IMG/VR virus record: IMGVR_UViG_3300026292_000602
Coordinates: 1 to 64,000 of that record
Source: a virus
DNA: 64,000 nt
Strand: one strand, 5' to 3'
In this document: positions 55,422-64,000 of the stretch, piece by piece
Layout: each line of letters starts with the position of its first letter
Position numbering within the stretch: the stretch's first letter is position 1
Notes under the pieces: model-generated
Told to the model about the DNA's origin: nothing
The model's input: the letters and a program-made list of their open reading frames with translations, nothing else
The model's database searches: none
Position numbers and translations under genes: made by a program

Positions 55422-55703
55422 TCTGGGAAGGAAGGTTTTCGTCCGATGCGGACGGTTTCCCCAGAGCATAGCTCAAATAAACCATAAAGCGGCGAAGTAG
55501 AAGTAGGAGAATGGCATTGAACGAACGGATTCTACCAACAGAAGAAGGGGGAGATATTGCTAGAGCTGGGGATACCCAGGGCGACTTCAAAAACTCAAGA
55601 TCCTACAATTATTTTGGTAATATGGCCAGTTGACTATTAGAGTGAAAGGTTATATTATAAAAGAGTAATAAGGCAAACAAGGCACAAATAAAAGGAGGGC
55701 AAT

Positions 55704-56366
55704 ATGCCAAATTGGTGTAATAATAATATTAAAATTGAAGGACCTAAAGAAAAGATCAAAGCGATCTGGGATAAGGTTCAAGCAGACGATGACAAGGGAT
55801 TTTTCAATCATCTTGTTCCGATGCCAAAAGAACTAGATAACACGACTAGTCCAACCCCTGAAAAAGGATCAGCGAATTACAAAGGACCACAGCCGAAGAT
55901 AGATGGCTTTGATAATTGGTACGATTGGAGAGTTGACCAATGGGGAACTAAATGGGATATTTCAACAGACGATTCAGGATTGCAGTATAGAGAAGATGGT
56001 GACTTAGGTTTCATAGAAGGTTGGTATGATACGGCTTGGGCACCGGCTTTGAATTGTTTTGATACATTCCAAAGAAAGCATAACGACATCTATATCACTA
56101 ATTGGTATTATGAAGGTGGTTGTGATTTCGCAGGGTGTTATACCGATGGTAGTGACGATTGTATTAACCCAAGCGATCATCCTAAAAGCGAAGAGTGGTT
56201 AGATGCTGACAGAGATAGTTTCATAGGTCAGTTAGATGATATGTTTGGAATAGGTGAGTCAATAGCTCAATATGAAGAAGAACAAGAAACAGAAGCGGAG
56301 CGAAAGGTTAGAGAACTGGTAGTTGAGAAGAAAGCTCAAAATATGCCAGAAGGAGAATTAGCCTAA
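55704..56366 (+). CDS. DUF1281/YubB-like protein
   Basis: MPNWC.N...WYDWR...WGTKWD...DTAW.P. Confidence 0.8.
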   Translation: MPNWCNNNIKIEGPKEKIKAIWDKVQADDDKGFFNHLVPMPKELDNTTSPTPEKGSANYKGPQPKIDGFDNWYDWRVDQWGTKWDISTDDSGLQYREDGDLGFIEGWYDTAWAPALNCFDTFQRKHNDIYITNWYYEGGCDFAGCYTDGSDDCINPSDHPKSEEWLDADRDSFIGQLDDMFGIGESIAQYEEEQETEAERKVRELVVEKKAQNMPEGELA

Positions 56367-56740
56367 TGCCAGATAACTTACCGAGCATTCAGAGAGATGG
56401 GGGTCAACAGACTTCCACTTCTCACGATTATATTCACACTGACAAACACGATATGGAATTGAGTCATTATGTAATGGCTGAAAGATGTATGTTAGTTGAA
56501 TACCATACGATTAAAAATGAAATAGAAACAGATGGAACTTCTGATACATTGATTTATATCCTAGAAGGCGGTCATAGAGGGTTTCACAAATATATGGATG
56601 CCCACTTGATAGAAGAATATAATGATGTTGAAGATAAGTTTTATCAGCTTCATGCAGATGGAGAATTACCATATAGTCTTTATGACGGTGATCCACTTGT
56701 AGAAGACGAACCAACAGAAGGGCAGGTATCAAATGGCTAA
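56366..56740 (+). CDS. Acidic hypothetical protein
   Basis: Coupled ORF. Confidence 0.7.
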   Translation: MPDNLPSIQRDGGQQTSTSHDYIHTDKHDMELSHYVMAERCMLVEYHTIKNEIETDGTSDTLIYILEGGHRGFHKYMDAHLIEEYNDVEDKFYQLHADGELPYSLYDGDPLVEDEPTEGQVSNG

Positions 56741-56924
56741 ATTTAGATTGAATTGTGATGTGGATTCTATCGTAGAAGAAGCAGAACATTTAGAAGATCT
56801 ATTTAAGGACGGCGTAGAAGCAGAGTCCGAAGAAGAAGCCGAAAGAATTGTTTCGGCAAAGGTTAAAGAGCTTATGTATGGCGGACCTTATTATAACTTA
56901 ACCGAGGAGGGCAACGATGAGTAA
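56733..56924 (+). CDS. Hypothetical protein
   Basis: Coupled ORF. Confidence 0.65.
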   Translation: MAKFRLNCDVDSIVEEAEHLEDLFKDGVEAESEEEAERIVSAKVKELMYGGPYYNLTEEGNDE

Positions 56925-57084
56925 GAAGATAATAGGAATCAATGAAGATTTCAATAACAGAGATAAGGAAACGGTATCCGAAATTATATGGGAAGCCGTT
57001 AGGGAACATCCTGACTTTCAGGACACCCCTGGTATAACTGGAATCAGTTATCAAATAAATGTGACAGTCACGGAGGAGAAATGA
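56917..57084 (+). CDS. Small hypothetical protein (55 aa)
   Basis: GAGGAGG SD; manual translation. Confidence 0.6.
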   Translation: MSKKIIGINEDFNNRDKETVSEIIWEAVREHPDFQDTPGITGISYQINVTVTEEK

Positions 57085-57224
57085 GTTGGTTTGATGATGC
57101 GACTTGGACTTGTCCTATATGTGATTACACTCTACACGGCGAAGAACCGGCTGTTCATGTGATCTGTGATAATTGTAAAGAGGGAGTTGAGGAAGTGGCA
57201 TTTCCTTTCCCGGGAGATTGCTAA
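57081..57224 (+). CDS. Small zinc-ribbon protein
   Basis: CPIC...CDNC; manual translation. Confidence 0.6.
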   Translation: MSWFDDATWTCPICDYTLHGEEPAVHVICDNCKEGVEEVAFPFPGDC

Positions 57225-57793
57225 TGGAATTCTATCCTAAAGACAAAGATCCTAGACTAGACGAGAGAACGGCTAGGTTCCATGGTAGGGTTATGAAAGA
57301 AGACCTAGCGACTCTTTCTTATGTTCCTAACACTCCTAATAGAGATATCAATGTTCAAAGAGCGACAAATCATGTGACTTGGGACTACGACAAAGATATG
57401 TGGTGCGAAGTTGATCATTTAATGATTGGTCTTTATATTAAAGCGAAGACAACCGATACAAGAGAGTTCCTAGAAGATAGGTTGTGTCGTGATGTCGTTA
57501 AGCTGATCAAAGGACCTAGGTACTATGAACAAGCGAAGGTCTATTGCATGATTGATATGTTTTATCCAGAAGATGAAAGCATCTATGATATCGTTAAGAA
57601 GCCAAAGAAAGATAGAGAGGCTCATAGCATATCAGGAAACGAAGGTGAAGTCACTTATTATGTGACACTTCATATTCAAGAATGTAATGCAATGGATTTG
57701 ATTGTATATGAATCTAGAAATAAAGACGGGTCCGAAAGAGGCGACTATTTTAATCTACACGGAACGAATTTAGAAGGAAAGGTGGCGGCATGA
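57224..57793 (+). CDS. Hypothetical protein
   Basis: TAATG coupling. Confidence 0.7.
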   Translation: MEFYPKDKDPRLDERTARFHGRVMKEDLATLSYVPNTPNRDINVQRATNHVTWDYDKDMWCEVDHLMIGLYIKAKTTDTREFLEDRLCRDVVKLIKGPRYYEQAKVYCMIDMFYPEDESIYDIVKKPKKDREAHSISGNEGEVTYYVTLHIQECNAMDLIVYESRNKDGSERGDYFNLHGTNLEGKVAA

Positions 57794-57927
57794 ATAAAGA
57801 TATGAAATGTCTTGATTGCGGAACCGATATACCAGCATCAACAGATCATTCATCAGATGAACCTTATATGTTTGTCTGTAATGATTGCAGAGATGAGATA
57901 GGTAATGGTAAGCCCTATGAAGAATAA
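57790..57927 (+). CDS. Small zinc-ribbon protein
   Basis: CLDC...CNDC; manual translation. Confidence 0.55.
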   Translation: MNKDMKCLDCGTDIPASTDHSSDEPYMFVCNDCRDEIGNGKPYEE

Positions 57928-58126
57928 GAAATACTCAATAGGGCATACCTATACGGTCTGGAAAGATGTGACAGCAAAGAACGAAGAAGAAGCAATCGAT
58001 ATCGCTTGTAATTCGAATTATTCTGTGAATGTCTACATAGGTAAACAGGATCCTAGATGCACGGTGAAAGCGACAGCAGAGCTGAACGAATACGAAGATC
58101 CCAAAGTCCACGAATACGACAAATAG
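57905..58126 (+). CDS. Hypothetical protein
   Basis: V.AKNEEEA motif. Confidence 0.6.
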   Translation: MVSPMKNKKYSIGHTYTVWKDVTAKNEEEAIDIACNSNYSVNVYIGKQDPRCTVKATAELNEYEDPKVHEYDK

Positions 58127-58161
58127 ACCAGATAAATACTCGTATAATAGGAGTAAGACAA

Positions 58162-58605
58162 ATGGTTAAATTATCAGTTCATTGGAAGGATATGCTTTCA
58201 GTCAAGAATGCTATGGCAAGAGCTGACGCAGGTCTACCAGTCAAAGAAGCTCAGAATAGATACAGAGTTAAGTGGGATCACCCTGATTGGGACAAAGGCG
58301 AAAAGGTTGAAGAAAAGATATTCAGCAGTATGGAAGACGCCAAAGAGTATGGTGCTTGGGTGGCTCGTAATTACGATCTCAGAAGAGAAGGAAAAGACGA
58401 GAACTCATTAGATGTTAGAACAGGATATAACACCGTACCTGAACCTAGTTCAAATGTACCAGTCGCAATAGAAACTCCATTCGGCCTATACGAGCTTACA
58501 GAGATAGATGTCTTTGGGCAAGACTCAGGCAAGTGGAGTCTAGTAGACGCCTTGGTTAAAGAAGGCGCCATCAAGAAGGTCGAAGACAATTTTAGATCAG
58601 GATAA
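58162..58605 (+). CDS. Hypothetical protein
   Basis: AGGAG SD before MVKL; TAAATA motif upstream. Confidence 0.7.
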   Translation: MVKLSVHWKDMLSVKNAMARADAGLPVKEAQNRYRVKWDHPDWDKGEKVEEKIFSSMEDAKEYGAWVARNYDLRREGKDENSLDVRTGYNTVPEPSSNVPVAIETPFGLYELTEIDVFGQDSGKWSLVDALVKEGAIKKVEDNFRSG

Positions 58606-58818
58606 TAGCGGAGGCGAGAAAAGCCATTTAGAGCCTACGGTCGGAAAGCCAAAATTTCAGACCAGGGTTATAAACAGAGTGCGAAGCACGGACGGTCGCG
58701 ATTTTTGTTCCGGAGTCTACGCCTCCTACACCAAAAGTCGCTCCGCTGATCCTATTCCACATAGAACCACCACATCATTTACCTTACATACCACCGACCC
58801 CCAGGAGTTTTATCTACT

Positions 58819-59160
58819 ATGGCTGATAAACCTATTCTCTACTCGATAGACGACGAGACAAAAGAACTCTTAACCGAAATGCTTAATCTGTTAGAAGGCC
58901 TCGCGGACCTACAGATGACAGATGAAAGCACCGAAGAAATGCGACTCCTTAATCGTAGTGTCGGGGAACGGTTCGGGATAGAGTTCCGTGATATCGTGCT
59001 AGAGAGTGATCAAGATAGTGACGGCAATCCTAGGTTCACGGTAATGTCCTATAAAGAGCCTTCGTCTAGGAGAGACCCCTCGGAATACCTAAGGCTTGTT
59101 TCTAATCGTGACTTAGAAGGTGCGTCTGATGGGGTGCCTAAGAATGACAATAATGAGTAA
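58819..59160 (+). CDS. Acidic hypothetical protein
   Basis: AGGAG SD. Confidence 0.7.
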   Translation: MADKPILYSIDDETKELLTEMLNLLEGLADLQMTDESTEEMRLLNRSVGERFGIEFRDIVLESDQDSDGNPRFTVMSYKEPSSRRDPSEYLRLVSNRDLEGASDGVPKNDNNE

Positions 59161-59794
59161 GGGTAGATCTAGAGTGACACCTACGGTGCTCTATTGGCTG
59201 TTAGTCTTTTAATCCTTTCTACTACACGCCAGGAATTTTAGAATTTCCATATCACATAGATTAAGTTTTGTCTATCATTTGCATAATAGAATAGGTCAGC
59301 TACGCCAACCTATCGTGTTATCTTACTATTTTTAAGAGTCAGATTGCTAAAAAAAGCATAGGCCCCGCTGTAAGTATAGTAGATGAACGAACAAGAACAG
59401 ATTAGATTCCGTTGGTACAAGAGTGATGATGCACGGTTTTGGATTGTGGATGAAGTCTTGGGTATCAATATAGGGTCTTGTCGCAGTCAGTCGGTTGCTG
59501 AACGACTATGTGAGAAGCTGAACTTGTTAGAGCAAGAGGTAGTTTGGAATTGAATGGCAGAGTATTCAAACTATGCCTGTCGCCACCGTCCCCAATCCTT
59601 TTTTTATATTTTTTGAAACCTATTTCCACCGTATAAGAACGGTCCAAAACCGTGGGGCCATGGTCGGCCTCGAGAGCGGGTGCTAGGGATGCCTCGGCCT
59701 TTATTAACCATTTAAACGGTGCTTCTACGGTTGGGCCTTCGGCCCCTTATAGTATTAAATGTGGCTAGTCGCTGAGCTCTACTACTATAAGCTT

Positions 59795-59895
59795 CGCCTC
59801 ACTAGCTATATAGGGCTCACTGACGCTTATATAAGCTCACTAGCCGTCATTAGTCACTACGAAGCTCACTAGGTATTCACTACCGTTCACTATTG
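59795..59895. repeat. TCACTA tandem motif array (iteron-like)
   Basis: Eight copies or variants at 59799, 59817, 59837, 59847, 59854, 59866, 59877, 59887. Confidence 0.7.
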
Positions 59896-59907
59896 GATCT
59901 TCTTTAT

Positions 59908-60126
59908 CTACTTCTTTTTGGATTTCTTTGTGATCTCTTTGGAGCCCCAGATTCTTCTCAGGTTCGCTATAAGTTCTTTGGTCTCTTCTATTGGAATATC
60001 TTTGACCGGTTCTTTCGTGGTCGATCCAGGATTTTTCAGATGTAAGTCTTTGAAATCCTTAGACTTTTTGGCCGAACTTAATTCATCTTTCAAGCTCTTT
60101 TTGAATGGTACATTCTTTAATCTCAT
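59908..60126 (-). CDS. Basic hypothetical protein
   Basis: TTGAC...CATAAT promoter directly upstream on the minus strand. Confidence 0.6.
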   Translation of the reverse strand: MRLKNVPFKKSLKDELSSAKKSKDFKDLHLKNPGSTTKEPVKDIPIEETKELIANLRRIWGSKEITKKSKKK

Positions 60127-60588
60127 GGTACCTTATATTATGGCATCATTATTGATAAAAGTCAAGGAGGAGGTTTACCAAAAATTCTCTATATTTTTCA
60201 AGAGGTTAGGACCCTGAGCCTCAGGTCAGAGTTCGGCCCACCCTTTGAGTATCGAAGTTTTTCTGTCCTGGTTTGTCTTAACCTTACCCTTTTTTTGGTG
60301 GGCGGATCTCTTGCTCCGGCTTATACTATTATAATATGATCTCTTGGGGGATTTGTCAACCATTTTCTTTGTTTTGGCCCCATCTTTTTTTGGCACTAGA
60401 TCTAGTGGGTGGGGGAGGTATAAACCACAAGCGGAAATCAGCCCATCGGGAGCGTGGCAGTCTTTATTATAGCATATTTTGGATTGGATGTCAACCAAAA
60501 AAAAATGGTATTTTTTGGAAAAAAGAGGTTGACCTTTTGGATTAGAGACTGTATTATAATATTAACAATAAGGAAATAGGAGGGCTAC

Positions 60589-60945
60589 ATGGCTAGAGAA
60601 ATTACTTTAAAACCTAATATACAAATAAGTCTCGATGGGACTAGCATTTGGGATAGAGCAGGGACCAACCCTGAGACCGTAAATGTCAGCAGTATTACAT
60701 TGAGGGAAGAGACCTACGATGATGATAGCTGGTGGGACATGGTTATAGAACACGATGGTCCCTGGGAGATCTATACTGATAAGGGATTCGTTAAGGGGAT
60801 CTCGGATTTAGTAGGTCCCGGTTGGGATGTTGACTTTAGTGAGCAAGGTCTACAAGAGGATGGTAGAGCTCATTTTGACGTGCATTCTACACCCGATGAG
60901 ATCACGCATGAGGTTAAAGAATCGCTAGAAATGGAAGGAAATTAG
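60589..60945 (+). CDS. Acidic hypothetical protein
   Basis: Promoter cassette plus SD. Confidence 0.75.
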   Translation: MAREITLKPNIQISLDGTSIWDRAGTNPETVNVSSITLREETYDDDSWWDMVIEHDGPWEIYTDKGFVKGISDLVGPGWDVDFSEQGLQEDGRAHFDVHSTPDEITHEVKESLEMEGN

Positions 60946-60999
60946 GGGTTGACAGATCCCTATTTTGGTTATATTATAATAGTATAAAGAGAGGGCAAT

Positions 61000-61665
61000 A
61001 TGAATAAAAGAACTAAATTTTTCGCAACCGTGGCATTGATGGCAGGCATGAGCTCCTATGGGGTGGCCGCTGATAAGTTAGATTCATTTGATCACGCCGC
61101 AGAGTTGACATCGCAGGCCAAGACTATATTATTTCAAGAATTAAACGAAGCAAAGGCTCCTAACCACAGCCACCAGGCTATTGTATGTTTAGCAGAGAAC
61201 ATCTACTTTGAAGCTAGAGCAGAATCAATGGAAGGCAAGGCGGCTGTGGCAAACGTCACAAGGAACAGGGTAGAGGACAAGAGATGGCCTGGTACCTACT
61301 GTGAAGTGGTTCAAGAGGGACCTGTTAGGGAGAGCTGGAAGACCAAGAAGGATCCAGATCTAGCAAAGGAAGACAGAATTTATTATCCTAGAAAGCATAG
61401 ATGTCAGTTCAGTTGGTATTGTGATGGTAAGAAAGATATCATATGGGCCAACAAGGAGAAGTCAGGCCAGACCATAGAGGCCAATGCAAGGGCTTGGAGA
61501 GATGCAGTGAAGGTGGCTATCTATACTCTAGGTTATGGATCGTATAGGGTCAACGATAATACCCACGGGGCTGTGTTCTACTATAATCACCACCTGGTGA
61601 CACCTAGTTGGAGCCACGAGAAAGAGTTCATTAATATCATTGGCAACCACACTTTTATGAAGTAA
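61000..61665 (+). CDS. Cell wall hydrolase (SleB / Hydrolase_2)
   Basis: CLAENIYFEAR.E...AVA.V..NRV...QFSW...GNH.F. Confidence 0.92.
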   Translation: MNKRTKFFATVALMAGMSSYGVAADKLDSFDHAAELTSQAKTILFQELNEAKAPNHSHQAIVCLAENIYFEARAESMEGKAAVANVTRNRVEDKRWPGTYCEVVQEGPVRESWKTKKDPDLAKEDRIYYPRKHRCQFSWYCDGKKDIIWANKEKSGQTIEANARAWRDAVKVAIYTLGYGSYRVNDNTHGAVFYYNHHLVTPSWSHEKEFINIIGNHTFMK

Positions 61666-61750
61666 AATAAGGGGAAAATAATGGTTGACAAATTGGATAA
61701 AAGAGTGCATAATATACATATAATAAGAAATAACAGAAGGGCAAAAATAT

Positions 61751-61936
61751 ATGAGTAAAACAGGGCAATGGGTATTAGAGATGCAAGAAGACAGTTGGCA
61801 TCTTAACAGAGATCAGTTCATAGAGAAGCATGGTATCAACCAAGTTGATGTATGGGATGATGAGCATAAGAAGATGGAGGACGAGGGGTTCTCTAAAGAA
61901 GAAATCAATCAAATGTATATGACGAAGGGAGTGTAA
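61751..61936 (+). CDS. Hypothetical protein
   Basis: Follows a promoter cassette. Confidence 0.7.
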   Translation: MSKTGQWVLEMQEDSWHLNRDQFIEKHGINQVDVWDDEHKKMEDEGFSKEEINQMYMTKGV

Positions 61937-61938
61937 GT

Positions 61939-62166
61939 ATGAAGTTGAATCAACAAGGGTCGAATATGACCGAGATAGTGACTAATGCAGGCAAGAGGAT
62001 TTTATTCAGTTATGAAACTCCTGTCGCAGGATGGTGTGAGCAGGGTGCTTTCAGAACAGAAGATAAGTTTTCTGTCACAACGTCGAAACACATTAACAAA
62101 TACCTAGGTGGCAAAGACGTAGGTAGGGTAGTTCCCCAGGCTTGGATAGAAGGGTTGGTGAGCTAG
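61939..62166 (+). CDS. Conserved phage hypothetical protein (LFSY.TPVA...S.TTS.HIN)
   Basis: Recognisable motif. Confidence 0.75.
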   Translation: MKLNQQGSNMTEIVTNAGKRILFSYETPVAGWCEQGAFRTEDKFSVTTSKHINKYLGGKDVGRVVPQAWIEGLVS

Positions 62167-62357
62167 TGAAGAAGATTCTAATCTTGATTATGATGGTCCC
62201 CTTATTGGGGGCCTGCACTATGACAGGGAAGGATATGATCAAGACAGCGAACTTGATCAAGAATACCTCTAAACTAACCAAAAGCGGTGTATCGGAATCG
62301 ATCATCGTTAAGACGAAAGACATTTTGGATCCGAATAGAGGTGGAGGCAAGTGGTAG
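62166..62357 (+). CDS. Lipoprotein
   Basis: GTG start, LLGAC lipobox. Confidence 0.65.
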   Translation: MKKILILIMMVPLLGACTMTGKDMIKTANLIKNTSKLTKSGVSESIIVKTKDILDPNRGGGKW

Positions 62358-62450
62358 ACATTTTGGAAAGATAATGGTTGACATTTTCAATCCAATGTGT
62401 TATTATATATAAACTAATGAATAGGCAATTTTCTAATAAAAGGAGGCATT

Positions 62451-62789
62451 ATGTCTACAAGTAAAATGTATACCGTAGCAGGTACAAGTACCTTTAATGG
62501 TAAAACAAAAGTAAGATTCGCGAATGACTATGTGAGTAGGTTCAAGATCCTTACTAAGAACGGTCACGATAATATCGAGATCCTGGAATTGGATCATCCA
62601 ATGTCCAAAGGTGATGTGTGTAAATTCTTATCCACGCACGAAAAATTCCAAAACGAAGCACAACAATCTGCAATCGCAGAGTTCGTCGTTAGGAATGTTA
62701 AAGTTGACACGACTCCAGCAGTTGAACCAGCTCTTAACGATATCGTTAAGCAAGAAGCTGAGGCAACACCTGAAGTAGAGTCTGCTTAA
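62451..62789 (+). CDS. Conserved phage hypothetical protein (VAG.S...KVRFAND)
   Basis: Promoter cassette, AGGAGG SD. Confidence 0.75.
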   Translation: MSTSKMYTVAGTSTFNGKTKVRFANDYVSRFKILTKNGHDNIEILELDHPMSKGDVCKFLSTHEKFQNEAQQSAIAEFVVRNVKVDTTPAVEPALNDIVKQEAEATPEVESA

Positions 62790-62879
62790 TCTAGCACAGC
62801 AATCAATCGAATAAGTCCCGGGGTGAACCTCCGGGCATCGATCCCCAGAACAGAAGAAGGACCAGGACAGTAATCTATC

Positions 62880-62964
62880 GCTCCCATGATGGAATAGGTA
62901 GACATAACAGACTTAAAATCTGTGGCCAATTGGCGTCCCGGTTCGAGTCCGGGTGGGAGTACCA
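62880..62964 (+). tRNA. tRNA-Leu(TAA)
   Basis: Class II cloverleaf, A73, CCA. Confidence 0.95.
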
Positions 62965-62975
62965 ACCTTTGATAT

Positions 62976-63052
62976 CTACCCGTAGCTCAGCAGGATAGAG
63001 CAACGGTCTTCTAAACCGTGGGTCGGGGGTTCGAATCCCTCCGGGTAGGCCA
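62976..63052 (+). tRNA. tRNA-Arg(TCT)
   Basis: Cloverleaf, CCA. Confidence 0.95.
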
Positions 63053-63119
63053 AAGGTGTTGCAAAAATACAACAAAAATAATGGTTGACAAAATGGATAA
63101 GATCTGCTATTATTATAAT

Positions 63120-63224
63120 ATGAAACAATTAAAAGAGATCATAAAAGAAACCTTAGATTTTTGGCCTATGACGATCGTAGTGCCAGGTCTATTAATTCTT
63201 ATTCTTTTTAATAATATTGGTTGA
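63120..63224 (+). CDS. Small membrane peptide, probably leaderless
   Basis: ATG immediately after the promoter -10. Confidence 0.5.
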   Translation: MKQLKEIIKETLDFWPMTIVVPGLLILILFNNIG

Positions 63225-63281
63225 CATTAGGTCAATTAGGTGTTATATTAAGAGTATAATAAGAAACAGAAAGAGGGCAAA

Positions 63282-63467
63282 ATGTTATCACTAATAGGTT
63301 TATTCGCAATCGCGTTCGTAGTAATCAAGTATTTTCCAGACATATTGATGTTCTGTGTGAAGGCGGCTATCGTATTGATTGGCTTGTACTTTTTACTTGG
63401 AGCTCTATTGTGGATATTTGGGGCTTCGATCGCTATACACATGAATGGCGTTTTATTAGGATTATAG
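63282..63467 (+). CDS. Small membrane protein
   Basis: Hydrophobic ORF after a promoter cassette. Confidence 0.7.
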   Translation: MLSLIGLFAIAFVVIKYFPDILMFCVKAAIVLIGLYFLLGALLWIFGASIAIHMNGVLLGL

Positions 63468-63538
63468 AAAAATAATGGTTGACAAATTGGTTTGTTGACT
63501 GTATACTGTAAGTATAACAATTAGGAAAGAGGGCAAAA

Positions 63539-63835
63539 ATGAGTCAAGATTTTAAAAGTAGAAATCCAAAGTTCGTAGGCTTAACCAGGTTTTGGGGAGG
63601 TCAGAAGAGAGGTTCTTGTGTGCAGGTGACTGTTGCAAGGAACTGGAGAAAAGAAGGTGACGTAGGTCCCGCAGATAAGTTCTTCAACTCCATAACATTG
63701 TCGAAGCAAGAAGCAGTGGCGTTGGCCCAGGACTTGTTGGACTTCGCAAGTGGGACTGAAGTAGACGAATTCGACGCACCAGTTTTGGAGTGTCAGACAG
63801 ACTTTACACCAGCAGATAAACCGAGGGCAAATTAG
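63539..63835 (+). CDS. Hypothetical protein (LTRFWGG..RG.CVQ)
   Basis: Follows a promoter cassette. Confidence 0.75.
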   Translation: MSQDFKSRNPKFVGLTRFWGGQKRGSCVQVTVARNWRKEGDVGPADKFFNSITLSKQEAVALAQDLLDFASGTEVDEFDAPVLECQTDFTPADKPRAN

Positions 63836-63890
63836 GGGTTGACAAACCAATCCCTATATGCTATTATAATATAATAATAAGGAGGGCAAC

Positions 63891-64000
63891 TTGAAACAAG
63901 TAATTCAAATTTTAGGATATTTTTTAATCGCACTAGGCTTGATGGCAGTAGCAGGATCAGGCGGAGACTGTGATGGAAGATGTGGCCCAGGGAATTCAAT
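63891..64000 (+). CDS. Membrane protein, partial
   Basis: TTG after AGGAGG; runs off the window. Confidence 0.55.
   Translation, partial: MKQVIQILGYFLIALGLMAVAGSGGDCDGRCGPGNS

Larger units (their letters stand above)
47990..63870 (+). repeat. Dispersed repeated early promoter cassette (GGTTGAC-N~17-TAT(T/A)AT, A-rich leader, AG(G)GCA)
   Basis: TTGAC copies at about 47992, 48698, 49549, 51367, 52536, 53961, 54420, 55630, 60529, 60949, 61685, 62378, 63085, 63221, 63479, 63839. Confidence 0.85.

Noticed and set aside
59795-59895. Possible CRISPR mini-array
   Set aside because: Repeats are only about 6 nt with 1-14 nt between them; no 25-40 nt repeat/spacer structure and no cas genes
60226-60545. 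ORF-track proteins of 90 aa (-) and 69 aa (+)
   Set aside because: They run through promoter elements and lack an SD; treated as non-coding
62875-63075. 66-aa minus-strand ORF
   Set aside because: Antisense to tRNA-Leu and tRNA-Arg
1-64000. Stop-codon reassignment (alternative genetic code)
   Set aside because: Conserved genes are full length in the standard code, TAG and TGA end genes normally, and no suppressor tRNA was seen

Overview
This window is part of a large, AT-rich lytic phage genome (myovirus-like, T4/jumbo style), most likely infecting a marine alphaproteobacterium. Host clues are a permuted two-piece tmRNA, HemA-type ALA synthase, an alphaproteobacterial-style PqqA and ROSE-like leaders. 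Bases 1-31.9 kb are mostly minus strand and carry stress, translation and nucleotide genes (dnaK, hsp20, guaC, rpsU, denV, nrdAB, glutaredoxin, cspA, tRNAs, tmRNA, an AsnRS-like core), then virion and putative internal-head genes with TAAATA late-promoter motifs. Bases 32-48 kb are an auxiliary-metabolism and membrane island (tRNAs, pqqA, alkB-like, PiT-like, outer-membrane protein, hemA, hemD-like, algH). Bases 48-64 kb are a plus-strand early region of small ORFs, each behind a repeated sigma70-like promoter, with a gene-poor repeat zone near 59-60.5 kb. The strongest novelty candidates are: (1) a class-II-shaped, long-variable-arm tRNA(GUU) with U37 next to an AsnRS-like enzyme that lacks its anticodon-binding domain; (2) ROSE-like RNA thermometers on both hsp20 and dnaK; (3) two A9 slippery sites giving -1 frame extensions, one with a duplicated site; (4) genes with non-canonical ATC/ATA starts in an almost identical context, including bS21; (5) a Rieske-oxygenase alpha subunit lacking its Rieske cluster ligands; (6) a stand-alone phage pqqA; (7) a tandem UGACG-hairpin leader array. 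All calls were made by eye from the sequence; no database searches were run.
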